Source: the human T2T-CHM13v2.0 reference genome, Homo sapiens. From it: a stretch of 64,000 bases of DNA. The notes beneath the pieces were generated by a model, which did no database searches, was not told where the DNA came from, and saw only the letters and a list, made by a program, of their open reading frames with translations. The position numbers and the translations under genes are program-made. The stretch lies in the NCBI RefSeq assembly GCF_009914755.1, contig NC_060942.1; one strand, written 5' to 3'. Positions 12,786 through 26,716 of the stretch are shown piece by piece; within the stretch, counting starts at the first letter, position 1, and every line of letters starts with the position of its first letter.

Positions 12786-14099
12786 GTCAATGCTTTTATT
12801 ATAGCGTTTATATTTATCTAACTCCCAAAAGATACTTCTTCCATTTTGGCATATTTAAAATAAATATTACTTTAAAATTCCATGAACACAACTATAATTT
12901 GAGACTGTTCCTAATTTACCATATACATAAAAAGATATTTTCTATTTTGCTATTAACATAAAATCTCAATACCCACACCTAAATAACTTTCCCACCTTCT
13001 TCTCAAGAAGGAAATGCCATCTCTCTTTTCCTCAGACCTCTGTGATTTTCTCCCCCAGGCATATGGACTTTATGCTTTTCTAGGTTTATTCCTCTCTCTG
13101 ATGTTTTGAGAATAAGAGAGTGTGGTCTGTTTGGGGGAAATATCAGAGCCTACATTCCAAAAGGCTGCCATTTTCTTGCCCTTTCCTCTGAAAATTAATG
13201 TATTCTGAACAATCTTGCCCATCTGTTTGTACAGCAGAGAATGGGTTTCCTGATTTATTCAAAGCCTCTTTCCAGTTTGTTTTACCATCTTTGCCTTTAA
13301 CTCAGGAATAGAACAGAGTGTATTTTGCATTCCTTGCTCAGTTTTAATAGAATAAAATGAAAAGTTTAAACAGGGTTAACCCTTGTTTCATTATCATTTC
13401 TCAGCACGAAAGACCAATGAATCCAATGTGTGTCTTCTCTTTTGTGGATAAGACACCACCCCAGGGTCTGTGTAATGTCCAAACAGGTAAAGTAAACCTA
13501 AGCAAAACCTATGATCTTGTGTAGATTTGCAGTGCTCCTATAGTGGATGTCAACAGAAAACAGATTTTATAAATACCTGTCTGAATTAAATTTAAGCATA
13601 TGTACCTTGATATATGCAGGTTTTTTTACATAATCAAACATCTTTTATACTTGGTTCATAATTGTGAAAGCATTTGTGTGTATATAAATTCATATAATAT
13701 ATAGTGTATATTTAATATGTATTAATCCTAAGGGTATATTATGTGAGCCTATATTTGCAAGTAGCCTAGAAGTTTCTGTTAAGGATACTGCTTATGGCCA
13801 AATAAATATATAAGTCAATGCATCATTTAGAAAATCGGTAAGTTGGTAAATATTTAGAACTAAATACTTCTAAATACATAATATGTAAGCATAATTAAAT
13901 ATAATTAATATATGCTATCAGTATGTACATATTTGATAGATAAGTAAAATAACCATAGCATTATATAGCATAAAATATGTTTAAGCAGATGAAGCATATG
14001 GAAAAATACCCACAGAGCCTAGCGAATGCACGTGACTATTTTTGGGTGTACGAATATTTGTAGGGGTGTGTGTGTGTGTATCCGCATCTGTGCTGGCAA

Positions 14100-14250
14100 A
14101 GTCTCCAGACTGGGTTTTGTCTCTAGCCCATACTCCAGGAAGAAGTTTTATAAGTCAGTTAACTAAATTATGTCTTGGAGCCTCAGTTTGCTAGTCTACA
14201 AAATGAAAGGATTGGCTTACTTGGATAAACTGTAAATGTTTTTCTTCTTT
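14100..14250 (+). mobile_element. MIR SINE
   Basis: agactgggttt..ctagccc..aagtcagttaac..gagcctcagtttgctagtctacaaaatgaaagga (MIR core). Confidence 0.7.
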
Positions 14251-16039
14251 GAAGTGTCTGTGGCCTTTAAGAAATGGCATCATCATACAGAAGAAGAAAA
14301 ACAAAGAAATATGTCATTTCTGAATGATTGTTGGACATAATGATGTCTAGAGATAGCCATCCATAAATAATGTTATTCTAACTCACAGGCTGAGTGCAGC
14401 CTAGGATCTTAATTGAGAACTCCCTATACTTGCTCATATAGCCTGTCTTCACGCCACACATTTGGATCCAGACGAAGTTACTTTACATTTGCAACATAGC
14501 ATAACTAGATGGAATTATAGCACAGTGAGCACCTAACTCCTCTGAGGATTTACTCTTGAATTGTTCTTCATTTTAATAAAACAAAAAAGTCATTCTTGTC
14601 ATTTCTTTATTCCTGCAGATACAATGTATTAACGTATAAAATTTTTGAAATTTAACCAAATTATACATCTTTTTTTGAGGATCAGTTTTATACTTCTTTG
14701 ACTCTTCCATATAGTAGGTCCTTGAAAAAGATGAGCAAATATAAGATTTTTTTCAATCAATGACATTGACACAATGTAGAATGTGTATTGTCGTAAATTT
14801 GTGCAGTCATATGTGAAGAATTGTAGAAAACATTTGTGTGAAGACATTTGAATAATGAATATGAATTAGTTTATGTATTGCTTATCCTAACTCAGGACAA
14901 TCTTTACTTCCATATAGAACAGAACAGATGCCATCCAATTCACAATGATACCAAATTCTAAGCCATATTTATGCCCTACTTTCTTCTGGTATTTTTAATG
15001 GATAATGAATGTAATTCTTCAATAATTTTAAAAGGATATTGTCTCTTGCTAGATGAGAAGTGAAAAAGAAAACATAAAGACAAACTCTCTAATTACCTTC
15101 TAGCGTGTTTTAGTGAAAATCAAGACTCTGAAGAGACTGCTTTTCTAAAATCTGAGATTGTGAGTGCTATTGAGAGTATAGCATGTATTATTTTGTAATT
15201 AAAAGTGCACCCTCTCCCTGTGCAAATGGAAGGATGATAATAGAACAGGCTAAGCCAAATCCTGGAGAAGTTTTTGGTAGCCAAGAGGTGTCATTTGATT
15301 GAGGAACAAAGCTGTGTCTATTTCTTGTTTAAGGATAGTTTAATCACTCCAGTGATGCTTAAGTAGGTACACAGGGACTCTCACCATGGCCTACTCTCCC
15401 TCATGTGAAGAAAAAAAGAAATGGGGATGAAGACACCGAAGTGTACTCCCACCTTCATGTAACCTGCAAAGCAACACTAAGAACTGCCCAACATGGATAA
15501 TATTGTGGCGGTAATACACCTGTGAAACAGTAGCTACATAAAAATGTTTAATCATCTCATTTATATCACTCCATCAGGATTGTCCTATGACTTTAAGATT
15601 ACTTCACAGTAGGTACTTGATAAATAAGTATGCATTAAATTATTTAGGGATTAGTGAGGTGCTTTTACCAATTTTGAGGGCAATGTACTTTTTCACCTTT
15701 AAATCTTACACTGATGAGTGAAAGTTTGCTTCTTTGTAAAATGAGGGTTTCTCAAAATGTTCTTTCACTTTAAAAATTGCATTGTTTTATCAACTCTCTT
15801 CCCCTATTATCTACAATACGAAGCAGTCTTCTTGAAAGCAGTAGAAAAGAAGCCCTGGGTCTCTTCAAGAATTATTATTGAAGTGTCCTGACCCTGTTCA
15901 GAAAGGACACACAAAAAAGAAGAGGAACCAAAAATTTCAGAGAACTTTCACTGCAGCCGAGAGAGGCTAAGGTTCAGAGAAGACACATCACAGCTGGTAT
16001 TAACGGTAATGGTCACCCTCAGCAGAATTGGAGACTTCC

Positions 16040-16145
16040 ATGTATTCTGGCTGAAATGGACCTCAGCGGCTATTTGTTCCTCACCATTTATGGTTTATCA
16101 ATAACGAAGCAAAGGCCCAGAGACATTAAATGGCCTGTGCAACAG
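16040..16145 (-). mobile_element. MIR SINE fragment
   Basis: ggctgaaatggacctcagcggctat..gaagcaaaggcccagagacattaaatggcctg. Confidence 0.55.
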
Positions 16146-17339
16146 CGAAGCATTTTGTAGTATTGCTTTGTCTTTTAATTACTGATTTTAGAAGTCATTT
16201 AACTTCTCATTAAAAACAAAAGGAAACAGAACGGGGGATTTTTGTACAAGCGACCCTTTGCCATGACAGGTCTATTCTATAATAGACTTTCACAGAGAGA
16301 TGTTGTCTTGAATAAAAATAGCTCACCTCTCGAAGACTTAGAAAACTAAGCACCGCAGAAAGTGCTATAAACCAGTAGCAGAATTAGGTGATGGCTATTT
16401 ATAATTGTATTTGAAAAAAGACAGAAAAGCCAAAATAAAATGTAAAATCACCCATGATTCCACAAATTAAAAAAAAAAAATTGTGACCTGATGAAATTGA
16501 ACTTATTGAGGAAAAGTTTAAACTTCCCATTTCAGTCTGCATGTACTTGCACATATGAATATGAACAGATGTGTGTATTTGTGCACATGTGTGCTCAGAG
16601 GTAAATAAATGGAAATTGGGGAAAATAGATTTCACTTTTCACCTATAAGCTGATATTTTTCTCAGTCCTGGAAACACAGGTGTATAATGCATGAAAGGTA
16701 AACAAACCTAAAAGTCACCTTAAATGTTTTGTGCCTTAACTCGATATTTGCATTTCAGTGTTGTCTTTTTACCTCCGTATTTATGTCCTAACCAGGATAC
16801 ACATGTAGACTCCACTCCCTGAACAACTTACAAGACAAGAAAGCAGCATTGGTAAAGCCTATATTAATTCTAGTGTGCTGATTTCATTATTGTATTCTCT
16901 TAATATATCATTGATGATGCAACATTTTCTTGGGAATATTATTAGAACCAGGTCACCATTAACAGCTTTCAAAGCACTGCAAGTGGATAAAAGACTTCCT
17001 ATGAATCTAAAGTGAATTAATTTGCATAATGAACTTTTCCATTCTTCCAGGGGCAGTGTATGAGAATTATCTGAAGGCTGTTAAACTATGTTCCTGCTTT
17101 GTTTCAGTGCACCTGAAAAGTGCAAAATTATCAGTCTCATCAAATGAGTGGATACTAAGCTATTCAACTTTCTAAGATCCTTACATCTTTCAATGAAGTT
17201 CTTTTAACAAACCTGTCTACGTTATTGCCAAAATTAACATAGGTGAACACGTGGAAAATGCCAAAATTTTACTTTTACTCAGAGTGAAGTGAATAGCTAG
17301 GGTAGCAGCGTAACCTGGCATATTTTATAAGGACCAAGG

Positions 17340-17680
17340 TGTCTGAGACCGAGAATGGGGAACAGATGTGGAAGCAGAAATAGTAGTCAGGAGGTCATGT
17401 GCTAAGCAGGAGAGAGCACGTGCAGTAGCACTGCAGTGACTGGGAACTAATCAGACATGGGCCATTTTAAATATTTAACAGGTATATGTGTGATGAGAGA
17501 AATAAATGAGTTACACTGACTCCAAGTCTTTGTCCTGAGCTCCTGAAGGGATAAGATGGGAAAGGCAGTAGAGAGATTCAGTTATGGATAGACAGACCAG
17601 GAGGTCAGCTTTGGAAATGGACATGATGCTTTAAGAGGTATATTTGACTTTCAAGTAGAGAGTTTGAAAAAGTCATCATG
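17340..17680 (-). mobile_element. L2 LINE fragment
   Basis: gagagaaataaatgagttacactgactccaagtctttgtcctgagc..accaggaggtcagctttggaaatg. Confidence 0.6.
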
Positions 17681-18974
17681 AATTATGTGAATTTTGTTTA
17701 TAATCTTACAAAAGATTACATTCATGTATTTGTTGATAAGGACTGAAAGTACTGATAGATTAAATTATGAAATAATATTTATTTATTATTATTCCCCTTC
17801 TTCATGGCCCATTCATTTTTCTCCCACCATGAATTAGTGCCATGAAAACAGGACACTTATGGAATTATTTCTTACTCTATGAGTGCAATATATTCATACA
17901 ATATATGGATTCTCTTTTGCATATATTTGTCAATTCTTGCCCTATAATCAAGGAATGTACTGTTTTCTCTCTCCTTAAAGGAACTTTTCGTCAACAGGGA
18001 ACAAGGCAGTATTTCTAGCTGAGAAAGCTAAAATGGTATTATGTCAAGCCCACCCGTAACAGTTAACCTACTTTCATCATTTAAGATGCCTGTCAGAAGG
18101 AACTTAAGAGGCCCTTTAACACATTTACCTTTCATATAGTAACTATGATTAGATAAGTCTGAGATACATTTTCCCACTAAATATTAGTTAATATGTGCAA
18201 AGAGATCACACATATAATTGATCTTCATATATTATTTTCTGTATAGGAGACTTCTGGTGATTTAGCAATGTGCTTCATAACTTGGTAAAAGATAGATGAG
18301 GAATTGCCTGTGTCTAAAGCAAGTATTTCCAGAATAGATTAATGATGTATAAAGGTGATTTTTACTTTGGAATTATGATTAATAAAATGAAAATTAATAC
18401 AAATATAAAGTGGATGCATTCATGTTTAAAACAATGCCATACTTAAACCAAAAATGAAGCCATCCAAACTTTTTATTGCCAGCAAGAATCTCTGCCTTTT
18501 AATTACATGTGACCATCACTCTCCATATCTAAAGAAGAAGTTTTGCATTATTTCCGAATGAAACCCATCAGAGATGACATATGAAAGACAGTTTTCCCTA
18601 AGCATCTATTTTATTCACTGTTTTGTTTGCTTGCTTATTTCTTCAGAAAATACACTTCGAGCTCTAAAAATTCAGATAAAATGTGTATTATTGTCATAAA
18701 TATCACATGTATTTTAGCTGTGGTAAGGCACTTTACTCAATGGTTTAAAATGATTTTATTTTGTTTGTTTTGTTTCTATTTGAATCCTAGGAACAGTCTG
18801 TTTGAATCCTCTGAGGTGAATTCTATGTTCTGCATAGTGATGAGACAAGTAAAATTTATTGTTAGGGAAAACTCATAATATGAAATATAGGTGAGGCTTG
18901 AGACACACACACATCATGTTCCTAAGCAATGTTTGTAATTTTGCTTGTGTGTATGTGTGTGTCATGTACTCATC

Positions 18975-19155
18975 AGGTTTTGTCTTGAGGGTTAACTTGG
19001 CCTCTTGAAACAAGTTATGAAGTATTCTCTCCTCTACATGCCTGAAAACATTTGTATATATTTGATATTGTTCATTTCTTTATTTTCATTTTGGAATTTA
19101 CCAATGAAGCCATCTGAACATTTACAAAAGTTGTAATTATGACCTCAATTTCTTT
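18975..19155 (-). mobile_element. Old L1M ORF2 fragment
   Basis: ttggcctcttgaaacaagttatgaagtattctctcctct..ggaatttaccaatgaagccatctg. Confidence 0.65.
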
Positions 19156-19197
19156 TCTGTTTTTAAACTTTATAAATTTTATAAACCCCATACATTT

Positions 19198-20963
19198 TGT
19201 TTTTAAACTTCATAAATTTTAAGTTCAGGGTACATGTGCAGGTTTGTTACCTAAGTAAACTTACGTCATGGGGGTTTGCTGTGCAGATTATTTCACCACC
19301 CAGCTATTAAACCCAGTATCCATTAGTTATTTTTCCTGATCCTCTCCCTCCTCTCACTGTCCACCCTCCTGTAGTCCCTGGAGTGTGTTACTCCCCTCTA
19401 TTTGTCCATGTGTTCTTATCATTTATCTCCCACTTTTAAGTGAGAACATGCAGCATTTGGTTTTCTGTTGCTATATTAGTTTGCTAAGGATAAAGGCCTC
19501 CAGCTCCATCTATGTCCCTGCAAAGGGAAATATCTCATTTTTTATGGCTACATAGTATTCTGTGGTGTATATGTATCACATTTTCTTTATCCAGTCTAAT
19601 ACTCATGGGCATTTAGGTTGAGTCCATGTCTTTGCTAGTGTGAAGAGTGCTGCAATAGACATACACATGCTTGTGTCTTTATAACAGAACAATTTATATT
19701 CCTTTGAATTATACCCAGTAATGGGATTGCTGGATTGAATGGTATATCTGATTTTAGGTCTTTGAGGAATGACCACTCTCTTTCACAATAGTTGAACTAA
19801 TTTACACTCCCACCAATAGTGTATAAACATTCCTTTTTCTCCACAAATTCACAACCGTTTGCTATTTTTTTGACATTTTAATAGCCATCATGACTGGTAT
19901 GAGGTGGTTTCTCATTGTGGTTTTGATTTGCATTTCTCTAATGATCAGTAACGTTCAGCTTTTTTCATATGTTTGTTGGCTGCATGTACAACTTCTTTTG
20001 AAAAGTGTTCATGTCCTTTCCCCACTTTGTAATGTTTTTTTCTTTTTTGGTAAATTTAATTTCTTTATACATGCTGAACTTTAGACCTTTTTTCAGATGG
20101 ATAGTTTGCTAAAATTTTCTCCCATTCTGTAGGTCACTTGATAGTTTCCTTTGGTGTGCAGAAGCTCTTCAGTTTAATTAGATACCATTTGTCAATTCTT
20201 GCTTCTGTTGCAATTGCTTTTGGCATCTTCATCATGAAATCTTTGCCCGTGCCTATGTCTTAAATGATAATGCCTAGGTTTTCTTCTAGGATCTTTACGG
20301 TTTGGGGTTTTACATTTAAGTATTTAATTAATCTTGAGGTGATTTTTATATATGGTGTAACGAAGGGGTCCAGTTTCAATCATCTGCATTTGGCTAGCCA
20401 GTTATCCCAGCAGAATTTATTGAATAGGGAATTTATTTTTGCATCATTTATTTTTGTCAAGTTTGTCAAAGATCAGATAGCTGTAGGTGTGTGGCTTTAT
20501 TTCTAGGTTCTCTATTCTGTTCTTCTGTTCCATATGCCCGTTTTTGTACCAGTACTATGTTGTTTTGGTTACCGTAGCCCTGTAGTATAGTTTGAAACAT
20601 GATGTCTCCAGCTTTGTTCTTTTTGCTTAGGATTGTCTTGGCTATTCAGGCTCTTTTTCGCTTCCATATGAATTTTAAAATAATTTTTTTCTAGTTCTGT
20701 GAAGAATATCAATGATAGTTTAATAAGAACTGCATTTAATCTACAAATTCCTTTGGGCAGTATGGCCATCTTCACAGTATTGATTCTTCCTATTCATAAG
20801 CCTGTTACATTTTTATATTTGTTTGTATCATATCTGATTTCTTTGAGCAGTATTTTGTAGTTCTCCTTGTAGGGAAACTTTCACCCCCTAGTTAGCTATA
20901 TTTCTAGGTATTTTATATTCTTTTTGTGGCAATTGCAAATGGGATTTCATTCCTGATTTGGCT
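19198..20963 (-). mobile_element. 5'-truncated L1PA (roughly PA11-PA13): 3' UTR plus end of ORF2
   Basis: ttttaagttcagggtacatgtgcaggtttgttac..catgggggtttg..; minus-strand ORF 20569-20775 ([28 protein letters not shown]) is degenerate L1 ORF2. Confidence 0.93.
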
Positions 20964-21850
20964 TTTTTTTTTTTTTTTTCAGGCAATGCCTTTGCAGTTT
21001 TTGAGGTTTTTAAGCTTCCCTGCTCTTGTAGCTTTTTCCCAGATATTTCTACTTATTTTGTTTGAGATACAAATTAACAAAATAATTTTAGCATACACAC
21101 ATTTAGAAGTGACCAAGACAGATTTTTTTTAAGTTACCTGTAGTTATGATGATGATCTGTTGCACAGCAAAGAAGGCCAAGGTGAAGTCTGAAACATTTA
21201 AAAATGACTCAATAATCTCTGGCTTTCGAGATAAATTTTTGATAAATATGTTAGCCAGTTTCCCTCATGTTTTAAGGAAATGTATCATGAAAGATGCGGA
21301 GAAACTTCATCCTAGTTTGCACATTGCAAATTAATTGCTAGGTTATTTTTAAAACAATGAATGAAAGAATCAGGAAACCAAGAGAGTTACATGTGAAAGA
21401 ATAAATTGCCTGTGCTTGCTGTGTGTGTGACAGAAAGTGAGGGTCATATACCTGTCACACACACATTTACCTGACTTCTTGGCCTCTTTTTCTTAAAACA
21501 TATATGTGTGTGTATGTATGCATTCTTGAAATATGTATATATATATATACACACACACATATAGTTTTTAATTTTTAGCAGAACTGAGACATTCCCATCC
21601 TCCCACCCAAGTCATGTTAAGAGGGAGAGACAGAAATGGATCAGTCTCCGTGTGCCTGATCTAATCACAGCTTTCTGCTCTCAAAATAACTTGCCTCTCT
21701 CTTTTATCTTAAGATTGTTGGTGATGTCATGCAATTGCTTTTTCTTTTTCAGTGGAGTGAAAAAGAGCACAAGTTATAGAGACTGAAAAACATCTCATCT
21801 CTTTGTTCCCACTTTTATTGTAATTATATATGAATTTTCGCTTAGCAATA

Positions 21851-22436
21851 TATGATAGCTTGAAAATATTCCACAAAATTCCTGACCTTTCATAAAGAGA
21901 TGGAGTCTGATTTTCCCCTCCTTATATATGGACTGGACTTAATGCCTCATTCCTAAGAGAGAGAATAGCTTGGATATGTATTCTTGTGAGGCTTGTGAGG
22001 CTAGATTAAAAAGGATGGTAACGTTTCACCTGACTCACTCTCTTTTGGGACATACAACTTCGGAGCTCTTAGTCACCAAGTAAGGTGTCCAGCTAGTCGG
22101 AAGCCATCTTGTTGGAGAAATCATGAGACCAAATCCTCTGAAGACAGAGAGACCCAAGCAGCCTAGCTACTCAGCTATAGATACCGGCTCCTCACCATCA
22201 GCTACCAGACATCAAATTCCTGAGCAAGTGAGAAACACCTGAGGGACTGAGCTTTAGACAATTGCAACCCTCAGTCTCCACACCTTCTAATGGAGGCATC
22301 AGATGTGATGGAGCAGAGACTGTTAACCCTTCTGCACCCACCTTGAATTTTTGACTTAGGGAATCTGAGAAAAATTAATGTTTTTTTATGTCATTAATTT
22401 ATGGTCCATTATTTTGTAGCCATGGGAAGACAACAG
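21851..22436 (+). mobile_element. MLT1 (H-like) solo LTR
   Basis: tgaaaatattccacaaaattc..aagagatggagtctgattttcccctcc..gaggctagattaaaaagg..agcagagac..ttgaatttttgac. Confidence 0.75.
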
Positions 22437-23470
22437 GCTAGCTCAGGCCATGATACCACATATTAGTGACAATTGACAAATCCACCATTTGTAGATGGAG
22501 GAAAGTTTGTTACATGACAAAGGACTTTGCTATACAACCAATATCACAAGTTTCTTAGATATATCCCTTAAAGTATATAATGTTACTTGATATCTTAAAG
22601 AACTTTCAGTCTCTCATTTAATAAAGTGCTTACTTGCTAACATATTACTTTTCAAATTTTTAAACAAATATGTTCATTTGTTTACTAGAATGAATGCTAA
22701 AATTTGAAAGTCTTCTTTGTTTAGGCAATTATTTCCATGCAGTAGGAAAAAATAATCAAAATTTTTAGAAATCATTTATGACAGATTTTTGCTATTAATA
22801 AATATAAACATGATATAGCAGTATAAAATAAAATAGTCACCATTTGTGCTAATTTATTTATTTAAAAGTACTGACTTTGTTAATATCCTCTGAGTAAAAA
22901 TGTCTTGACTGTAAACAACAGATGAGTAAATTCCTCTCTGCAGACTCAAACCACAGGTAGGAACATTTCATTTTCCTTAAATTTTTAGCACCACTGGTGG
23001 TAAATATGAATATATATTTACATAGTTTATTATATAATATTACTTTCTAAATTAATTTTAAATGTAATTATCTCTTTCACTAATTTCAAATTAATAGTCA
23101 CAAAACATCTGAAAATACATTTCATTTGTCAACCATCTTCTTCATGACTAGATATTTAATCAAAGAGAGCACATGTATAGCAAAATGGATGAATTTGAAT
23201 TTGTCTGCTATTTCTTCTGGGTATTTGTTTCCATAGCCTTTGTCTCCTGGACCCCACAGTGGTCATGGGCTCTAGCAGAAAGTGACTAATGGAGGAAACT
23301 TGGGAGGAAAGGTCTTACGAAGCTGATGAAGCACATGACAAACCTCTTAGTAAATAAGGTTTTGACTATTCCAAACACAAAATGGATTACACATAAGAAA
23401 CCTCAAATATTCTATGTATAAGAACAATTCTGCATTTAGTAGTACCATTTTCCTTATTAAGAATTTTACC

Positions 23471-23758
23471 AGCTGGGTGCAGTGCCTCACACCTGTAATC
23501 TCAGCAATGTGAGAGGTCAAGGGGGGTGAATCTCTTGCGCCCAGGAGTTCGAGACCATCCTGTGCAACATAGCAAAACCCCATCTCTACGAAAAATTAGC
23601 CAGGCATATCGATCCACACCTGTAGTCCCAGTCTATCAGGAGGCTGATGCAGGAGTACCACATGAGCCCAGGAGGTTGAGGCTGCAGTGAGCCTTGTCTG
23701 TGCCACTGTACTCCATTCCTGGGCAACGGGAACGAGACCCTGTCTCAATTATTTTTTT
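23471..23758 (+). mobile_element. AluJ
   Basis: ttgcgcccaggagttcgagacc, gcaacatagcaaaacccc, gagcccaggaggttgaggctgcagtgag, gagaccctgtctc; TSD aattttacc/aattttgcc. Confidence 0.92.
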
Positions 23759-24769
23759 AATTTTGCCTTGGATGTTTATTTGTTATATATTACTTGCTTC
23801 TGTAATTCTATCAAAACATGAAGATTACTTTTCTTTCAAGGTTATTAGTCTTTACTTCAACATTATATAGCTAATAAATATAAGTATTTCAATGTCCTGC
23901 CAAATGATGCCTTTAAACCTTACCACTTCTCAAATATTCCCAATGATTTGTCACACTTTTGCATTTATATTCTTGTAGAGAAAATTAAGTTGTAGCCTTT
24001 GAAGTGAATGAAAACACTATAACTCATTTATGAAAAATGAATTTAGTCCCTTTTCTTACACTTGTATCCAATGCACTTTTTTATATTATCTGTTTAACAT
24101 CGTGTATACAACTCCATGGCAAAAGTTTCACTAAATGCATTGTAATTACTACACCCTTAAATTTTATAAAAGAAGCTAGTACAAATAGGGTTGTGTTGCT
24201 CTTTGAAATCATGCTAAGAGGAAGTTGTGATGCAAAAGACTATATGTGGGTGTTATAAGGCACCCACCAGATGATTTATGAGGCACCCACATATAGCCTT
24301 TTGCTTCACAACTTCCTCCTAGCATGATTTCACAGTCCCTCAGTTACAGCAGCACTATTTCTCAGTTTACTTGCCTCAGAATATGGTAGAGTTTTATAGA
24401 AGTGGCATTATAAAGACAGCTTTCTGTTCTTTCTCAGCATGTAACACATTGCAGGCCAATGGGTGTCCAAGGTATTACAACAAGCTCCATGATGATTTCT
24501 TCCCATATTTCTAGATATTTTAGGTATGGATGGAAATTCTCTCTAGGATTATCTGAACACCCCTAATTGAGCAATGTGCCACTCTGTTTAGACAATGGTT
24601 CTATAATATGTGTATAAGTTTGGAAAAGAGAACTTTTAGGATCTACAGGCTGAGTTGTCCCTCTAAATGCAACCAACTACCAAACTACTACCCTGGTAAA
24701 TAGCTCATATCATCGAATACTATTCAATTGTCACATTGAAAGATCCATCAAAGCTTAATAAAGACCAAC

Positions 24770-24850
24770 AAATGAATAAATGAATAAATGAATAAATAAG
24801 CAAACCAACCAATAAATAACTGAATGAATATATATATATGTGTATATATA

Positions 24851-24882
<32 letters not shown>

Positions 24883-24883
24883 A
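24770..24883. repeat. Compound (AATG/AAAT)n plus (TA)n microsatellite
   Basis: aatgaataaatgaataaatgaataaat.. followed by tatatatatatgtgtatata.. Confidence 0.9.
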
Positions 24884-24914
24884 ATTTATCTATAGACACA
24901 CTATGTTCTATGAT

Positions 24915-25105
24915 GTGAAACGTTTAGACAGAGAATTTAAAGTCAAGTTCTAGCTCTCCTCATTCCTGGCACTAATGTTTGGAAGAAGCAACTTAATTTC
25001 AGTGATATTCTGGTCTCCCCATCTGAAAAGAAAACAACAGCAAAAGAATCGACCCCATATGTCTGTTATCAATATTAAATGAGAATATCCTTGTTAAAAA
25101 GCACC
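24915..25105 (+). mobile_element. MIR SINE
   Basis: agtcaagttctagctct..gcaacttaatttc..gtctccccatctgaaaag..aatattaaatgagaata. Confidence 0.6.
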
Positions 25106-25884
25106 ACATTGAATCTATAGAATTAATGAACTATATACCTTTAGTCTTACACTAGATGGTGCCAATAAGGCCCTAAGCACTTCAGCTATTAGGGGTCTCA
25201 CACTGGCGTGCACTTCAAAAAAAAAATGTGGCCACTTCTTTATTTGTGGTCTGTTAGTGCTTAAACCAAGAGAATACTTTTTATTTTCTAGTGACGATGT
25301 GTCATGTATAATTGGATTTGAGGCTTGCCAAAATTGAGCGTCTGCCATGTAAACCTACAGAAGTTATACTTGACTCTGATGATAAGCTCAAAGAATTCAT
25401 TTTTCCAAATGCCATTAGAATGTAAGATGCTAATTAAGCCAGACTTTTCACGTTATCCCTAGTTCTTTACAGGAGGCACGCTGATATTGATCTCAGGGAT
25501 GTATTATCTATTTACCATAAAGTCCTCCTAAATAAATAAATGTTATCTACAGGGTTTTGCTGGGTCCCCAACTGCCCACCTTGAAAATTCAGTAAAATTG
25601 CTTTTTGCAAGTGCACAGACCTCTTTTTGTATGTCATAAAACATAGGTCAAATAGCCATGTTTCATATTTATGACATATGTACGAATTGACTACATTGTT
25701 GTAGCTTATAATATAATAAGGAAGTATTATTATACTGTTACATGTACTTGTGCATTCATATTGCATCTTATAATTATGACTGTAGACACTTTTATTCAAT
25801 CATCTGTGAACCTCAGAAGAGCTAAGCAGGGCACTCCTACTCAGCATCTACACAGCAGGACTTCTCTTGGCTCTATCACCTCAT

Positions 25885-26030
25885 CATTTAAAGTATGATT
25901 CTCATAGTAGCAGCTTCTGTAGCACCTGTGAGCTTGTTAGAAATGCATTCTTCACTTAAGATTTATTCAATCAAAATCTGCATTTTAACAAAATCACCAG
26001 ATGGTGCTTATTAATGTTTAAGGAGTGCTG
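25885..26030. mobile_element. MER5A DNA transposon
   Basis: agcacctgtgagcttgttagaaatgca..aatcaaaatctgcattttaacaaaatcaccagatggt. Confidence 0.8.
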
Positions 26031-26093
26031 TTCGAGTACTTACTTCAGTTTCAGATCAGCTCCTCATGATTTCTGTGGTTATAGGAATGGAAG

Positions 26094-26684
26094 CATTCTG
26101 CACTCCCGTGTGTATTGCAGCACTATTCACAATAGCCAGTATGTGGATTCAATCTAAGTGTCCATCAACAGAGGAATGGATAAAGAAAATGTGGCACATA
26201 TGCACAATGGAATATTATTCAGCCATAAAAGTAATGAAATCCTGTCATCTGCAACAACATGAATGGAACTGGAAGACTTTATGTTAAGTGAAATGAGCTA
26301 GGCACAGAAAGACAAATTTTGCATGTTCTCACTCTTGTGTGGGAGGAAAAAACTAAAACAATTGAACTCATATAGATAGAGAGTGGAACAATGGTTACCA
26401 GAGGCTGGGAAGTATACCTGGGAGGAGGGAATGAAATGAGGATAGTTAATGGATGCAATATATATAATTAGATGGAATAAATATAATCTAATATTTGATA
26501 GCACAAAAGATTGACTATAGTCAACAATAATTTATTTCGTCTTTTAAAATAAGTAAAAGAGTGGACTTATTTGGAATGCTGTCAACACAAAGAAATGATA
26601 AATGCTTGAGATGATGAAAACCCCAATTACCCTGAGGTGATTATTACATATTGTATATCTGTATAAAAGCATCACATGTATGTC

Positions 26685-26716
<32 letters not shown>

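Noticed and set aside
19158-19221. 24-bp direct repeat at the L1 tail, and similar two-copy duplications near 27675, 36328 and 46109
   Set aside because: Isolated two-copy slippage duplications are commonplace, with no sign of function.
20963-21130. Long T tract at the L1 5' junction, suggesting a minus-strand processed pseudogene
   Set aside because: No poly(A) signal at the right distance, no TSD pair and no recognisable mRNA; more likely a T-rich target site or slippage.
26066-26287. 73-aa ORF with a recognisable protein motif
   Set aside because: It is the degenerate C-terminus of L1 ORF2p in a truncated L1MA, not a gene.
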